This document shows, piece by piece, positions 37,575 to 53,899 of a stretch of DNA of 64,000 nt; within the stretch, counting starts at the first letter, position 1, and each line of letters starts with the position of its first letter. Source of the DNA: Bugula neritina (lineage: Eukaryota; Animalia; Bryozoa); NCBI GenBank assembly GCA_964035545.1, contig OZ037766.1, forward strand, positions 11,646,722 through 11,710,721, read 5' to 3'. Made by a program: the position numbers and the translations under genes. The notes under the pieces were generated by a model. It made no database searches. It worked only from the letters and a program-made list of their open reading frames with translations, and was not told the origin of the DNA.

Positions 37575-40147
37575 ATCCAATCAATTGTATTTTATGATCA
37601 AACAGGTTCTTTTGCTTTAGGATTTTTTCCTTGAACAACAATTTTCTGCCACTACTCACTTGCAAAACAAGTTGCAAAATAAATTATGAAAACAATTTTA
37701 TATGATGATCATTTAAGTTTACTTTATTTGTAACAAGGTTACAATCATTCTAGCGAACTTTTCAGTGATTTTTAATTTTATATAGCAATATTTAATTACA
37801 TACACAGTTTACAAATACCGCACACCCACAGTCAGAAATATTCGGTTTATATATACGTGGACAATTTATAGAAAATTAGGGCTTTATTCTGAAGAAATGT
37901 GATAATCACCAGTTTGCATGGAGGGAATAGAATGAGCAAGAAGAATATCAACACAATTAAACTGTGTTATGACCTATTATAATATTTCTAAGCACTATAA
38001 GATGTGTACAAGCAGTACACCTACCCTCTCTATGCTACAACAAATATCAGCTCTGCATTGCTGACAGACAACGAAATACACAATCTAGAAATTGATGATT
38101 CAGCTGTATTCTTTCAAAAAGATCACTTTACTAAGCTGTTTCCCCTCCTTCCACAGGTCACTTACTTTCAGCAATACTGAAAAAATAGCTAAATTGAAAT
38201 ATATAGTATTACATCAATGGACAATACACAACAAACAGCTGACTATGAAATAAGTAAGCCTCTCCACAACAGAATACTTGCTCATTAGCAACAAACGGAA
38301 TAAAGTATTAAATACTGTTATATCTGACTAGTGGAGCAGTTTTTCTGCCCGGGCAGACAACTCTATTTTGTCAGGTGTTCGTCTGCATGCATTGCTAATC
38401 TAACCCAGTGTTTCTACTGTGCTACAGCTCCAGTGGTGCACAATCAGCAGTTGGATCTTATATGCATTATTAACAAACAGTAATGAACAATGAAAACCAA
38501 CAAAGCAGGAATAACTATATAAAATCATCACATATATGACAAAAACTAACAAATGACATTTGAAAAACAATTATAAACGCACTGCCAGTATTCAATAACA
38601 ACACAAACTAAATTCACTGTAGCAGCTAGTGTACTCCTCTGTACTTATACTCACATGTGTTGCTATTGTCCACTGCAGTTGTTACTTTTCTGTGTATACT
38701 GTCTCTGGATGTGCTGCTATTTGGCTTCTCTCTGTTGCTATACTTTATATCTCCCTCCATTACTGCTATAATACATACTACTGTTATACATACATACTGT
38801 TTCCACTTTATATAGATTATATAAAGTAGAAACAGAGTGATCTCCCTTCACTGCTATACATACTACTTGTTATGAGTTCCACTTTGTTTTTGAAGCAAAC
38901 TTGTCTCCCCAGTAATCTGCCACAGCTTTATAAACATATAAATAGTACAGCTTCACACTTCCTCCACATTATTGACAACAGGTTATGTAGCTTATATGTG
39001 TCTCAACTTACTGAAGAAGAGTTGATATACATTTGCAAACAGGCTTAGTTAACTATATCTCTTATATATTGACCTAAAATATATCCTTAAAGGTGTTGTT
39101 TATTCCTAAAAACATTCAACTTATAGATCTACAATTAAGACAAAAATATTTTTGTTAGACAAAGTATAGTACATGCATGTAGCTGTGGCGTCGGTGTTAT
39201 GTGGGTTAGTAGTATTTTATTAGTCTCCACTGATACCATACATGAAAGCTATGTTGGTAAAAAGACATGTGTAAAAAAATAGAATATGTTGTAAAGTTAC
39301 TTTAAAAACAGCTATAATAATATATTATAATGAAATGCAGATGTTCAAAATTAAACTGTAGAGCCAGCAATAAAATTCTACAAAGAATAATATGTATTGC
39401 TTGATTGGCTCTACATATATATGTATACACTGTATATATAACCACTGTGCTAGGTACTGGCTCCAACAACCTACCACAGCTAGGCCAAATCTCTAACAAA
39501 TGACTTAATATTCAGCTTACAAGCACGTATACTTGGCTAAAACACTGTTTACAAAGTGCATATATATTTTATAACATACACTTGTAACTCAACACAAACT
39601 CAAAGCCAAACAAAGGTAAAAGATTAATGCTAATATAAAATATTACAAAATATTTGTTTAATGACTTGTAAATTACACATAGCTTGCTAACAACATTTCT
39701 AGTCTGCTCTGAACTCTAAATTATAAACTAATAATATTTATTGCCAACTTTCATTGCATGCTATAATTAGCTGCTGCAACATACAACTCAACAACTGAGC
39801 TAGGCTTTAAAGTTTAACATTTGAATTGGAAACATTATCAGCAGGCAATCATGCAAATCAATTAAAGACTTGTTTATACAAAATTCATCATAAAACAAAA
39901 TTGTTTGTACCTGCAATCCTCAAACAGTCTGTAGATAATATCTAAGATATATAATATATATTTAATATGACGTAAATGAAGTGTGTCGAGGAAATTTTCA
40001 AATAATTTAGTATGAGTGATATCTAAATACTTTATATGGCTAGTGAACTGGTTAAGTGAGATAAACAAGGTAAGTGCTAACATGTTGAAGTACTTATAAG
40101 GTGTGGTAATTATACGTCTGCATTAACTGTATTAACCTTCTCTTAGC

Positions 40148-41606
40148 ATGGAATCAGCTCAATCGCCTGAATCAGAAGCTCACAAGAAAGGTAAGAAGGC
40201 AGTAGACCAGACCAATTCTAAGTGCTAGTTTTATAGAAAACTAAAACCAGCTCTGTATCTAAACCAGCTGGCTCATGTGATTTTTTTCATATTTTTTAGC
40301 AACAGAGCTTTCACAATATCATGGAGTAGGCTATCCTAGTGGGTATAGTGGAGCTCTTCCATCAGTATCACATGCAGAAGCAGGATATGCAGGCTATTCA
40401 CCCCATGCTATGCCTCCCCAGGTTCAAGCACCTCAGCCACTTTCTGATCCACCCAACAGCTATTTGGTATTCTCCATAATTAATACTGTATTCTGCTGTT
40501 TTATCCTCGGGGCGGTGGCTATCACTAAATCTGTGCAGTCTCGAGCTTCATCCAGACATGGCAAGCTTCTAGAATATTCCCTCATAAGCTAGAATATCTA
40601 TTAAAGGCCAAACAGTTAGCAGACAGCAGTTTCCCCTTCAAGGCTTTAAAACCCTTCTGCATAAATTCTAGAAGACATTACAGTATAACATTTGACTATT
40701 TTTATTTTGCTTCGTGATTGAGGAAAAAAGAGTTAAAACAGCAAGATGCACTTTTCTAGTGCACTATTTGTTTTATTAACAAAGAAAAAATATATTGCAA
40801 GCTTCAAAGATCTCAAAACTGTACCATAAATGTTCATTTATTTGAAAAACTCTGACGACTTACAAACCATTTGATTTTATTTAACGATAACTGTCTAACC
40901 TCATGAGTTTGTTGCCAATAAGTAGATAATAATTGGCCCATAAACCAATGTTGTTGCAAAAATAATATCAAAGTCTTCATTCTGTGTGTCTAGTACTTTT
41001 TGCACCATTTTTGAGTCTTTATCAACATGCTATTCTATATATACTCTTTCTCTGCAAAAAATAATACTTTATTTTGCAATATCTATAAAACAGTAAAAAA
41101 TATCAAAAACTTGTTTTTCAAATATATAATTTTGTTCGATGCTTTTGTCAAACCCCTTTGCTCTTTTATAAAATTGAATTTTTTTACTATGTCTATACTA
41201 ATTGGAACTCTGTTCAGGCTGAAGTTTTTAAAGTATAATATCATATTTTTGTAAAAAAGTGAACTGAAGTAAATTGCTTTTTATGCACATCAGTTGGTGT
41301 TAGCTTAAAAAACTGCTTTTACATTTTAAAAAAGAAATAGTATTTAATTCATATATCTCATCTCGTATTAGATATAATATAAAACTACGAATGCAATTAG
41401 GCACTTTTATTTGTTATTTATAAACTATTGAACACAAGTATAAAATATGAATTAATAACAAATTAATGTTTTTTGTAGGTAATTCTTTTAATGCAACAAA
41501 GTTTTTTCACACCGCACTAAAATTAAACCTAGCAGCTTTAGGTTTAGGCTTTGTTCTTAACATAGGTACCATTGTCTATTTTGTAATTTTTCATTATGTG
41601 AGATAA
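40148..41606 (+). CDS. IFITM/dispanin family protein 2, 143 aa (exons 40148-40190, 40300-40560, 41479-41606; GC donor at 40561)
   Basis: Paralog of gene 4; SYLVFSIINTVFCCFILGAVAITKS; intron 2 begins GCAAGC. Confidence 0.75.
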
Positions 41607-42057
41607 TTTTCATTATTTGGTTTATTAACTTGTTTATAGCGTTTATTTTGGCTACCAATTGTTCAAGCAACAAATTTTAGTTATATGTGTTTTGCAAGAT
41701 TAACAATATTTTTCATCAATAATTTATCATGTATGCATACAATATTATATTATATTATATTATATATATATATAAAATGGTGTATAGTTAACCACTAAAA
41801 AGAGCTCAATGCAGAGCAGAGCAAGGTGAATAAAAGTAATGAACGATAAAATTTGATTTAGAACACTATTACTAATAGTTTCATGTGCATTGTATATACA
41901 CAATCTTCAGATAAAATGTTAAGATGTGTTATAACTTGTTACAGATTTCATTCCAACTGTTTATATTATTAGCAAATAGTTTTATATATTAACAATATCA
42001 TAAGTACATATATTACCTGAGAAAGAAGTTTTATTTAACAACAATTTGTACTTGTAG

Positions 42058-42149
42058 GTAACTCTGTTGGTGCAGCACAGTCTCCCAGATCAGCCCTCAA
42101 TTTAAACATAGCAGCCACAGTTTTAGGCATATTGATTATAACATATTGA
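42058..42149 (+). pseudogene. Orphan, truncated IFITM-like terminal exon (gene-1 type)
   Basis: Intact acceptor CTTGTAG, then GNSVGAAQSPRSALNLNIAATVLGILIITY*; cut by the duplication breakpoint at ~42150. Confidence 0.75.
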
Positions 42150-42620
42150 ATAATATTTTCTATCAATATGTTTCTATTGTGTCACTCAACCAATAGGAAC
42201 ACAGTGTTGTTTAAATAATTGTTAGTCTGTGCTATAGTTCCAATGATGAACCCTCGGTTTTTTTCTATTGGTTATTTCTTTCAAGTTTCAGTCTACTATA
42301 AATGGCCCTTCTAATAGACCAGACCTTTGACTTATCTTCAAATATATGTAATGGGTGTTTCCATTTGAAGCGTAAACAAGCACTACGGATTTAGATTGAA
42401 CCTGTAGTATAATTGTCTCCCCACGATTACTAATCCTTCCTCAAACACTCAATTGCAGTTAGGGTTATCTGTTCCCATCAGCAGTGCAAACAGCCTTTCT
42501 ACTCACAGCCAACTCTACCACTGACTCTACCACCAACTCTACCATCATTTCAAGCTAATTAGGGTGTCATTTGAATTAAAGTGTTCATATGATTTATAAT
42601 CTGTGTTGTTTAATTTTTAG

Positions 42621-43232
42621 GATTATCAGAGAATCAAATAAAGGAACCTTTCTGATTCGTTAGGGAGGCACTGGTAATCAAAAGGTAAGCTAGCTTACAT
42701 AGACTGTTTTTAAACAACCGATCTTTTTTTAATGCTTTTTACCTTGATTTGAATTTGATATTGCAAGAGCTAAGGTCATTTGACTTGACTAGGGAAAAAA
42801 AGCAATATAAGCTATGTGAGAGCTGTTAAGATTATTTCTATAGTTACGTAATGGTGAAGCAGATGCGACTTGATTAAAAACTGGTCTTGTGTAGCACTTG
42901 TATTGTCATTTTTGTTTTCTATAAAGGTGAGAAGAGTTATAAAATATTGACCGGCAATAGAATATTTTTATAGACAAGTATGAAGGTACCACTTAAGAGC
43001 CACTGAACATTATAGTACTGTACTTTCTTAAAGATTTTATCGTATAATTGATTTTCCAAAATACAAGAACATCAATGGTTTCATGGTATTGCTTGGCATT
43101 TCTACTTAAAGTATTGTATTGCCAGAGCATCAATTATGTGTATAATTGCATTGAGTTTCATTAAATGTACGCTGCTGTCTTGTTTTAGGTGTTGGTTGTG
43201 TCTGATGGTGGGGAGAATCTCATTCGTTGAAA
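42621..43232 (+). pseudogene. Duplicated SH3BP2 SH2 pseudo-exons
   Basis: 42621-42684 copies exon 10 with TGG>TAG. 43189-43232 copies exon 11 with a 1-nt deletion, then jumps to sequence equivalent to ~34359, deleting the last exon. Confidence 0.88.
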
Positions 43233-45043
43233 ATTTATCTTTTACTGCCTTTTAATTTTTGTTACCTTTTATAAAATATTCCTTTTTGATACTTTATTTT
43301 ATACTGAAGTCCTGTATATTTTATTTAAAGTTATAAGATAGGGTATTATAATACAGGGTATTACAGGGTTATTACAGGGTATTACAGATGTACTATAAAA
43401 TAATTTTATAAACTGTTGTATCTCAATATTTCATAAGTTTCTAGTGACTGTTATAATAGCTTTAAAAATGAGACTTTTAGAGTTTTATTTATATATGATG
43501 GATATGTTTGTGTTGACATGTCTCAAAAGGATGAAAAGAAATTTGCTTGTATTAGAGCTAAAGCAAAACTATAAGCAAATCGTTTACCATTTTTGTTAAA
43601 AAATTAACGTAAAATTTTTAAACTAGCTATTTTTAGTCGCTTAAAAAGTTCCTGATTTTGCTTCATTAACTTAATATGACTTGAGAACTAAATTAAACAC
43701 TTCAAAATCTCTGAGTATATAATAATAGAGCATTATCTGTGTGAGTAGGCATGTACATGGGAGCTCACAAAAGTGTATTTGTATGCTATTAGATTGCTTT
43801 ACTTTGCTTGAAGTATAGGTTGAAAATAAAGATTCTGAAAATCTTAAGGTGGGGCAAAAGGTTTTACATAAAGAGGTGCATTCTCTCATGAAATTTTTGC
43901 TTACTAGAAACAGAATGTATCTCTTTATGTAAAAACTTTTGTTCAATATTGTGATTTTCAAAATCCTTATCTTCACCCCATTCTTCAAATCAAGAGGCAT
44001 AACTCCAACACAAGAAATAAAGCTATACATAATTTACATTAATGAAAAAGAGTAATGAATGTAATTTTTAAGCCAAAATTTTGTATTCAGCGCTTCAACT
44101 ATATAAGTAACATATTTTGAATTTGTTTTGCAACATACAACATATGAGTATTTCAATTATGCGTAAACTTAATTCATGCAACTGGAGCAACTTCTATGAT
44201 AAATTACATCAATTATCCTGTCATAAATGTAATATGAGGAAGTAAATGTTAAGGGAAAAGGTTGTATTTTACTTAGGTGCACTGAAATACTATAATAATA
44301 TGTTGATTGCACCTATGTGCTATGGTACGTTACACTTTTTCCTCTATATAATTATTATAGTCTATATTAATCAATAGTAACAGGCATGTTTTATAGTTAT
44401 ACATTATATATATAAATTATCTCAAATCTAATCACCTACATATTGGTATTTGGCTAAAAAATTCTTGAAAATATATATGCAAATATTGTTAGGAAATGAT
44501 ATTCTTGTTTGGGTTGAGGGAATCAGATTTTTTATAGAATACTCTGATGCTATATAGTCATACTCTGAGGCCAGTTGTAGTTGATAACTAAAACTAAACA
44601 ATGTCTTCATGGTGAAGATGAAATTGTTGTGCTTAGTCCCAACCTGATAAGAGCTCAAAACTTGGAAATTAATCAACAAAACAGGCGCACTGATACACAA
44701 AATTATTTAAAGCTATTTTGTAGTTTGATTACCAGTGATTCTTATAATTACACGGTTGAAGTAACAAAACAATATTTCTGGGTTGGGAAACAATATTACA
44801 CAACTTGAATTTTACTATGTCAGCATCTCCATAATAACATGATTGTACAATGGGAGATACCAGTACCAGTTGTTATGAATAATTGTAGGAAACAGAGTGG
44901 AAAAGTTTCTTTTCGCCAAACATAAATGAATAGAAGGGAATTTTTCCATTACTGGTTGATTCAATATAAAAAGGTGAAGTGATCTTTTGTTCTTCATTTT
45001 GAGGTGTGACGCCAAATCTATCAGACAACAAACTTCACACAGG

Positions 45044-46828
<1,785 letters not shown>

Positions 46829-47371
46829 CATTGACATTGTTTTGTTTATGCTAATTGCTCTAGGTATAGTTTTTATACAATAAGTTTAGCTATGACAAAA
46901 TTGTTAATATTTCCATTGTGCTGCGATACCCACAGGCAAAAGTTTATATATAATGTATATGTGTGGAATTGATAGCATTAGGGTTTTGCTGTGAAGAAAT
47001 GTAATAATCACCAATTTATATGGGAAAGTAGATTAAGCAAGAGGTTCATATCAACACAATTTACATGTTTTATAACTCATTATAGTATTTCTAAACACTA
47101 TAAGATGTGTACAAGCAGTATACCTACCTTATCTATGCTGCACCGTATATCAGATTCGTGCTGCTGACAGACAACGAAATACACAATCTAGAAATTGATG
47201 ATTCAGCTGTATTCCATCAAAAAGATCACTTTTACTAAGCTGTTTCCCCTTCTTCCACACCACAAGTCACCTACTTTCAGCAAAACTGTAAAAATAGCTA
47301 ATTTGAAATGTATAATATTACATCAATAAGCAAAACACAACAAACAGCAGACTATTAAACAAGCAAGCGTA

Positions 47372-47810
47372 TGGCCACACGACAAGATTACACGTGCGGG
47401 CAACATGCAGGGAATCCGGTTTAGCCTGAAAATGGGCTGTTTCGTGTGGGTTTTCATGCGGGTAACAAGCTGAGCGGGAAGTGCAGAAAGCTTTTGCGGG
47501 TTTGATCTAATTGACTAATTATCATTTAGCAGCACACTATTTTACTTTCAAGTCACATTTTAATTTTTAGCAAACTGAATTAAAACAGTTTCATATAGTT
47601 TGCATCTCCCTTTTTATAATATTTAAAGTCACTTTGCCGATTACGTAGATTTAAAAACCAACGTCTGTAGATGAGCAGTACAGCTAAATCCAAGATCATT
47701 AGCTAATAAATTTCCGCACACACAACCCAGGCATTGTGTGTGGCAGGTCGTTCCCAGGGCGGTTTTCAAAAATTTGGACCCGCATGAGGAAAACCCGCGT
47801 CGTGTGGCCC
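47372..47810. mobile_element. MITE (Harbinger-like termini) specific to duplication unit B
   Basis: TIR GGCCACACGAC / GTCGTGTGGCC flanked by TA; empty site in unit A near 38260. Confidence 0.7.
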
Positions 47811-49720
47811 TACACTTCTCTTCAGAACAGAAAACTGCTCATTAGCAACAAATGGAATTAAGTACCTATTAAAGTTGTGAGCTAATGTACTGTTATAGCT
47901 TATTAGTGCAGCAGACAACTCTACTTTGTCAGGTGTTTGTCCGCATGCATTGCTAATCTAATCCGATGTTTCTACTGTGCTATAGCTCCAGTGGTGCACA
48001 TTTAGCAGTTGGATCTTATATGCATTATTAACAAACAGTAATGAACAATGAAAACCAATAAAACAAGGAATAACTATATAAAATCATCGCACATATATGA
48101 CACAGACTAGCAAATGACATTTGAAAAACAATTGTAAATGCACTGCCAGTATTCAATAACAACACAAACTAAATTCACTGTGGCAGCTAGTTTACTGCTC
48201 TGTACTTATACTCACATGTGTTGCTATTGTCCACTGCAGTTGTTACTTTTCTGTGTACTGTCTCTGCATGTGCTGCTATTTCGCTTCTCTCTGTTGCTAC
48301 TTTATATCTCCCTTCACTACTGCTATAATACATACTACTGCTATACATACATACTGTTTCTACTTTATATAGATATAAAGTAGAAACAGAGTGATCTCCC
48401 TTCACTGCTATACATACTAGTTACTACTTGTTATGAGTTCCACTTTGTTTTTGAAGCAAACTTGTCTCCCCAGTAATCTGCCACAGCTTCATAAACATAT
48501 AAATAGTACAGCTTCACACTTCCTCCACATTATTGACAACAGGTTATGTAGCTTATATGTTTCTCAACTTACTGAAGGAGAGTTGATATACATTTGCAAA
48601 CAGGCTTAGTTAACTATCTCTTATATATTGACCTAAAATATATCCTTGAAGGTGTTGTTGATTATTCCTAAAAACATTCAACTTATAGATCTACAATTAA
48701 GACAAAGATATTTTTGTTAGACAAAGTATAGTACATGCATGTAGCTGTGGCGGCGGTGTTATGTGGGTTAGTAGTATTTTATTAGTCTCCACTGATACCA
48801 TACTTGAAAGCTATGTTGGTAAAAAGACATGTGTAAAAAAATAGAATATGTTGTAAAGTTACTTTAAAAACAGTTATAATAATATTATATTATAACGAAA
48901 TGCAGATGTTCAAAATTAAACTGTAGAGCCAGTAATAAAATTCTACAAAGAATAATATATATTGCTTGATTTGCTCTACATATATATGTATACACTGTAT
49001 ATAACCACTGTGCTAAGTAACAACAACCAACCACAACAACCTACCACAGCTAGGCCAAATCTCTAACAAGTAACTTAATATTCAGCTTACAAGCACGAAT
49101 ACTTGGCTAAAACACCGTTTACAAAGTGCATATATATATTTTATAACGCACACTCGTAACTCAACCGAAACTCAAAGCCAAACAAAGGTAAAAGATTAAT
49201 GCTAATATAAAATATTACAAAATATTTGTTTAATGACTTGTAAATTACACATAGCTTGCTAACAACATTTCTAGTCTGCTCTGAACTCTAAATTATAAAA
49301 CTAATAATAATTATTGCCAACTTTCATTGCATGCTATAATTAGCTGCTGCAACATACAACTCAATAACTGAGCTAGGCTTTAAAGTTAAACATTTGAATT
49401 GGAAACATTATCAGCAGGCAATCATGCAAATCAATTCAAGACTTTTTTATACAAATTTCATCATAAAACAAAATTGTTTGTACCTGCAATCCTCAAACAG
49501 TCTGTAGATAATATCTAAGATATATAATATATATTTAATATGACGTAAATGAAGTGTGTCGAGGAATTTTTCAAAAAATTTAGTATGAGTGATATCTAAA
49601 TACTTTATATGGCTAGTGAACTGGTTAAGTGAGATAAACAAGGTAAGTGCTAGCATGTTGAAGTACTTATAAGGTGTGGTAATTATACGTCTGCATTAAC
49701 TGTATTAACCTTCTCTTAGC

Positions 49721-51190
49721 ATGGAATCAGCTCAATCGCCTGAATTAGAAGCTCACAAGAAAGGTAAGAAGCCATTAGACCAGACCAGTTCTAAGTGCTA
49801 ATTTTATAGAAAACTAAAACCAGCTCTGTATCTAAACCAGCTGGCTCACGTGATTTTTTTTCATATTCTTTAGCAAATGAGCTTCCAGAATATCATGGAG
49901 TAGGCTATCTTAGTGGGTATAGTGGAGCTCTTCCATCAGTATCACATGCAGGAGCAGGATATGCAGGCTATTCACCTCATGCTATGCCTCTCCAAGTTAT
50001 AATTCAAGCACCTCAGCCACTTTCTGATCCACCCAACAGCTATTTGGTATGGTCCATATTAAATACTATATGCTGCTGTTTTATCCTCGGGGCGGTGGCT
50101 ATCACTATATCTGTGCAGTCTCGAGCTTCGGCCAGACATGGTAAGCTTCTAGAATATTCCCTCATAAGGTAGAATATCTATTAAAGACCAAACAATTAGC
50201 AGACAGCAGTTTCCCTTCAAGGCTTTAAAACCCTTTTGCATAAATTCTAGAAGACATTACAGTATACTATTTGACTATTTTTATTTTGCTTTGTGATTAA
50301 GAAAAAAAGAGCTGGAACAGCAGAATGCACTTTCCTAGCGCACTATATTTGTTTTATTAACAAGTATAAAACAATATATTGTAAACTTCAAAAATGTCAA
50401 AAATGTACTATAGATGTTCATTTGCTTGAAAAACTCTGGTGACTTGCAAGACATTTGATTTTTTGCTGATAACTGTCTAACTTCATGAGCTTGTTGCCAA
50501 TAAATAGATAACAATGGGCCTATAACCTGACCTTTTTGCAAAGACAATCTTAAAGCCTTCAGTCTATGTTTTTTTAGCACTTTTTGCACCATAAAGTTTT
50601 AGTCTCTATCAACATACTGTTTTATTCTCTTTTTCTGCAAAAATAATATTTTGTTTCAACGTCTGTAAGACAGTAAGAATATCCAAAAAGTTTTTTTAAA
50701 TATGTAATTTTGCTCAATGTCCGTCAAACCCTTTTGCTCTTTCATAAAATCAAGTTTTTTTATCATGTTTATACTAACTAGATTCTTTCAATCCTAATTA
50801 AGTTTTTAAAATGTTATATTTTTACAAAAAGTGAGCTGAAGGAGATTGCTTTTTATGACAGGTTTGCTTATAATTTGCATAGTTGGTGTTCGATTACCAA
50901 ACTGATTTTACATTTTAAAAAAGAAATAATGTTTAATTATTTTATCTCATATTATATATAACATAAAATTACTAATGCAATTAGGCACTTTCATTTGTTA
51001 TTTATAAACTATTGAACACAAGTATAAAATATGAATTAATAATTATGTAACGTTTCTTGTAGGTAATTCCTTTGATGCAAAAAAGTCTTCTCACACCGCA
51101 CTAAAATTAAACCTAGCAGCTTCAAGTTTAGGCTTCCTTCTTAACATAGGTGCCATTGTCTATTTTGTATTTTTTCATTATGTGACATAA
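49721..51190 (+). CDS. IFITM/dispanin family protein 4, 145 aa (exons 49721-49763, 49874-50140, 51063-51190)
   Basis: SYLVWSILNTICCCFILGAVAITIS; GNSFDAKKSSHTALKLN followed by a TM helix; all introns GT-AG. Confidence 0.87.
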
Positions 51191-51597
51191 TTTTCATTAT
51201 TTCATTCATTACTGCGTTTATATAGTGTTATTTTGGCTAACATATTGTTTAAGCAACAATTTTTAGTTATATCATGTGTTTTGCAAGATTGACAATATTT
51301 TATATCAATGATGTATAAAGTATCATGCGTACAATATTACCTTCTAATTTCAAAATATTGTAGTTATATCTATGGTAAATATGGTAAAAAGTTAACATTA
51401 ATATAATATAATAATAATAATAATATAATAATATAATAATAATAACATATAATATATAACAATGATTTTAATAACCTATGCATGTGATTGTTACATATAT
51501 AACTAATCAGTATTCGTATAACTTCTTACATTCAGAATGTATTTTATTCTCTTTAGTTCTATTTTTCAAAACACTTCTATATAAAAAAAACTCACGC

Positions 51598-51791
51598 CAG
51601 TTTATAGTCGCTATCCCTGTGAGAAACCCCTAATGGAATGGGTTTTTGTTCGAACGGGCTAAGGACTTGTTCATATGAGGCACAGGAGCAATTATGACTG
51701 GATGCTCTTCCTAACATCACCAATGACCTTTGTCGGGATTCGAACCCATGACTTCGTGTTCACAAAGCTAACACTCTAACCCCTAGACCAC
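51598..51791 (-). mobile_element. tRNA-derived SINE copy
   Basis: Minus-strand A-box TGGTCTAGGGG and perfect B-box GGTTCGAATCC; homologous to 402-596. Confidence 0.75.
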
Positions 51792-53899
51792 TTCTATATA
51801 CTAATAATAAACTACTAACAGCATTATTATATATAAGAGCCACATATTTTTTTTTCCTAGAAAACCTTGCTAGCTGTTCTATTTTGCAAGTGATGGACTT
51901 CATGTTGTACTTTCAATTATATTATATAGTTGATACAAAAGTGCTTTTGCATGCAGAAGTATTTTTACACTCAAAATGGGGGCGAGGAGAGGCAGGTAGT
52001 TACACACCCCTGAGTGTTAGGGGTTGCACCCACTTGTCATCACTTGACATATTAGCATGATGTATGCTGTGACTATAATTTTATTCTTTATCATAAAGAG
52101 TGGCCAAAAGCATTGCACAACACTATGTTATAAACAGAATAATAATAATAATAATATATTGCATTTTAAACAAACACCATGGAAACATTCTTTGCTTTAC
52201 GACACTATGTCGTACAGTTAGAGACTGTACACCATTCAACCATGACCTTCAAGTACATGGCTCAAATACTTATTGGTAATAAAGTATGTTCTTTCATCTT
52301 GTCATTTTTCACATCATTAACTTGTCCAAAACTAACTAATGATCATAATGTACATAGTGTTGGAGACCTTACTGTGTGCCAATTTGCCATTATTCAATTT
52401 GATGTGCCACTTTGGGCTGTCTCTTTTAATTTGTGGCAAATAAATAATGTAATATGTGCACATGCATGCGTACTCGAGTGTTTGTGTAGTAATATTTTGG
52501 GGTTGTCTACTCAAAAACAAAAAGATGAACTTGTGTCTTTCTCGTTCTAATATCATTTATATTTTATGTCATTTATACAACTCTGTCCGTGCAGCTCAAA
52601 TACATGTAAATGATTGCAATAGATAAACATACTGTTTATCAATACTATAAGAGAACCATCGATTGATTTATTTACATATTATCAATGATAACGAAGACTT
52701 TCCACAAACTCAAAACTTTTTAAATATATATGCTGATAAACTCTTCAACATTAGCATAGTTACACATGATAATATATTAATCAATAAGTTACAACATGTA
52801 AATGTAATAAAGCAATGCAGGTAGGTGTTCAATAAAATTTTAATATATTATTTAAATTAATTTGTAAATAAGGATAAATAAGCCAAATGATTACTAAAAA
52901 AGCTCTTCCTTAAGTTTTGCTAGTTTTACAAATTGTATATTTGGCAACATGAACTTATAGCTTGCAGAGAGTAGAACTAGTTGCATGTGTATTGTATGTA
53001 AGGGAAATTGTATAGAGTTTGTGCATGCAGTCAAATTAATATACTGAAATACAGCACATATCAGATATAAACTGATTTTTAATGTATTTAAAGCCTGGAA
53101 AGGGTTCTAAAATCAAACTTCCAGTCCTGTGCATAAATACTGCAGGTACTGATTACAGCCACACTTTAGCAGTTTTAATCAATATTATTTTGTTTCTAGA
53201 ATGATTAATGAAACCATCAATAATGGAAAAATGCTTTATTAGCTATACAGCTGTATATATAAAGGCTAGATTAATCGATTCCAATACTTCTTTTGTCTCT
53301 GATTATTGATGCAGTCTTCAGAATTTCAAATGCTGCCGAACATAATAGTTGCTGTCCCACCCAGTGCTGAGGTGCAGTTCATTCCAGACTCAGTATAACT
53401 AATTGTGTGGGTACTCTCACGGAGCATGCTTTGTGTTAGCTGGCATCTCTAAATATGTGTAAGTAAAACATAATATTATATAAACATAAATATAAATAAA
53501 ATATGCTATATAAACATAAACAAAAGTACAAAATATTATACGGACATAAATTTAAGTACAATATATTATGTAAACTATCACAAAGGAAATCTTGTCTATA
53601 TACTTATTTACTCAACAAATGAAGTGGTGCTTATGATTTTTAATCAATCTTAATATTGGGTAGTCCATCATTAGTTTGTAATAGTATTATACATAAAATA
53701 CATTGTTTGAGGTTTATTTAGGTTTACAAGTTGAGTAGTTTTATTTGTACGCCATAAGAAAGGGCTTGGGGAGAATCCTTCGTTGCACTGAGCTCAAGCT
53801 ATAACAAAATGCACACAATATGCATACTCTTAGATTATGTTGTGTTATGAAAATTCAATAGACTTGTTCTGTTCAGTTTTAATAGACTCTTGTGGCGGA

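Noticed and set aside
51730-51791. Possible tRNA gene (perfect B-box)
   Set aside because: No convincing cloverleaf; it continues into a ~130-bp body shared with 402-596, so it is a SINE head.
53313-53458. Possible first coding exon of the IgGFc-binding gene
   Set aside because: ATG-initiated frames stop before the GTAAGT donor; more likely a 5' UTR exon, with the signal peptide starting at 53900.
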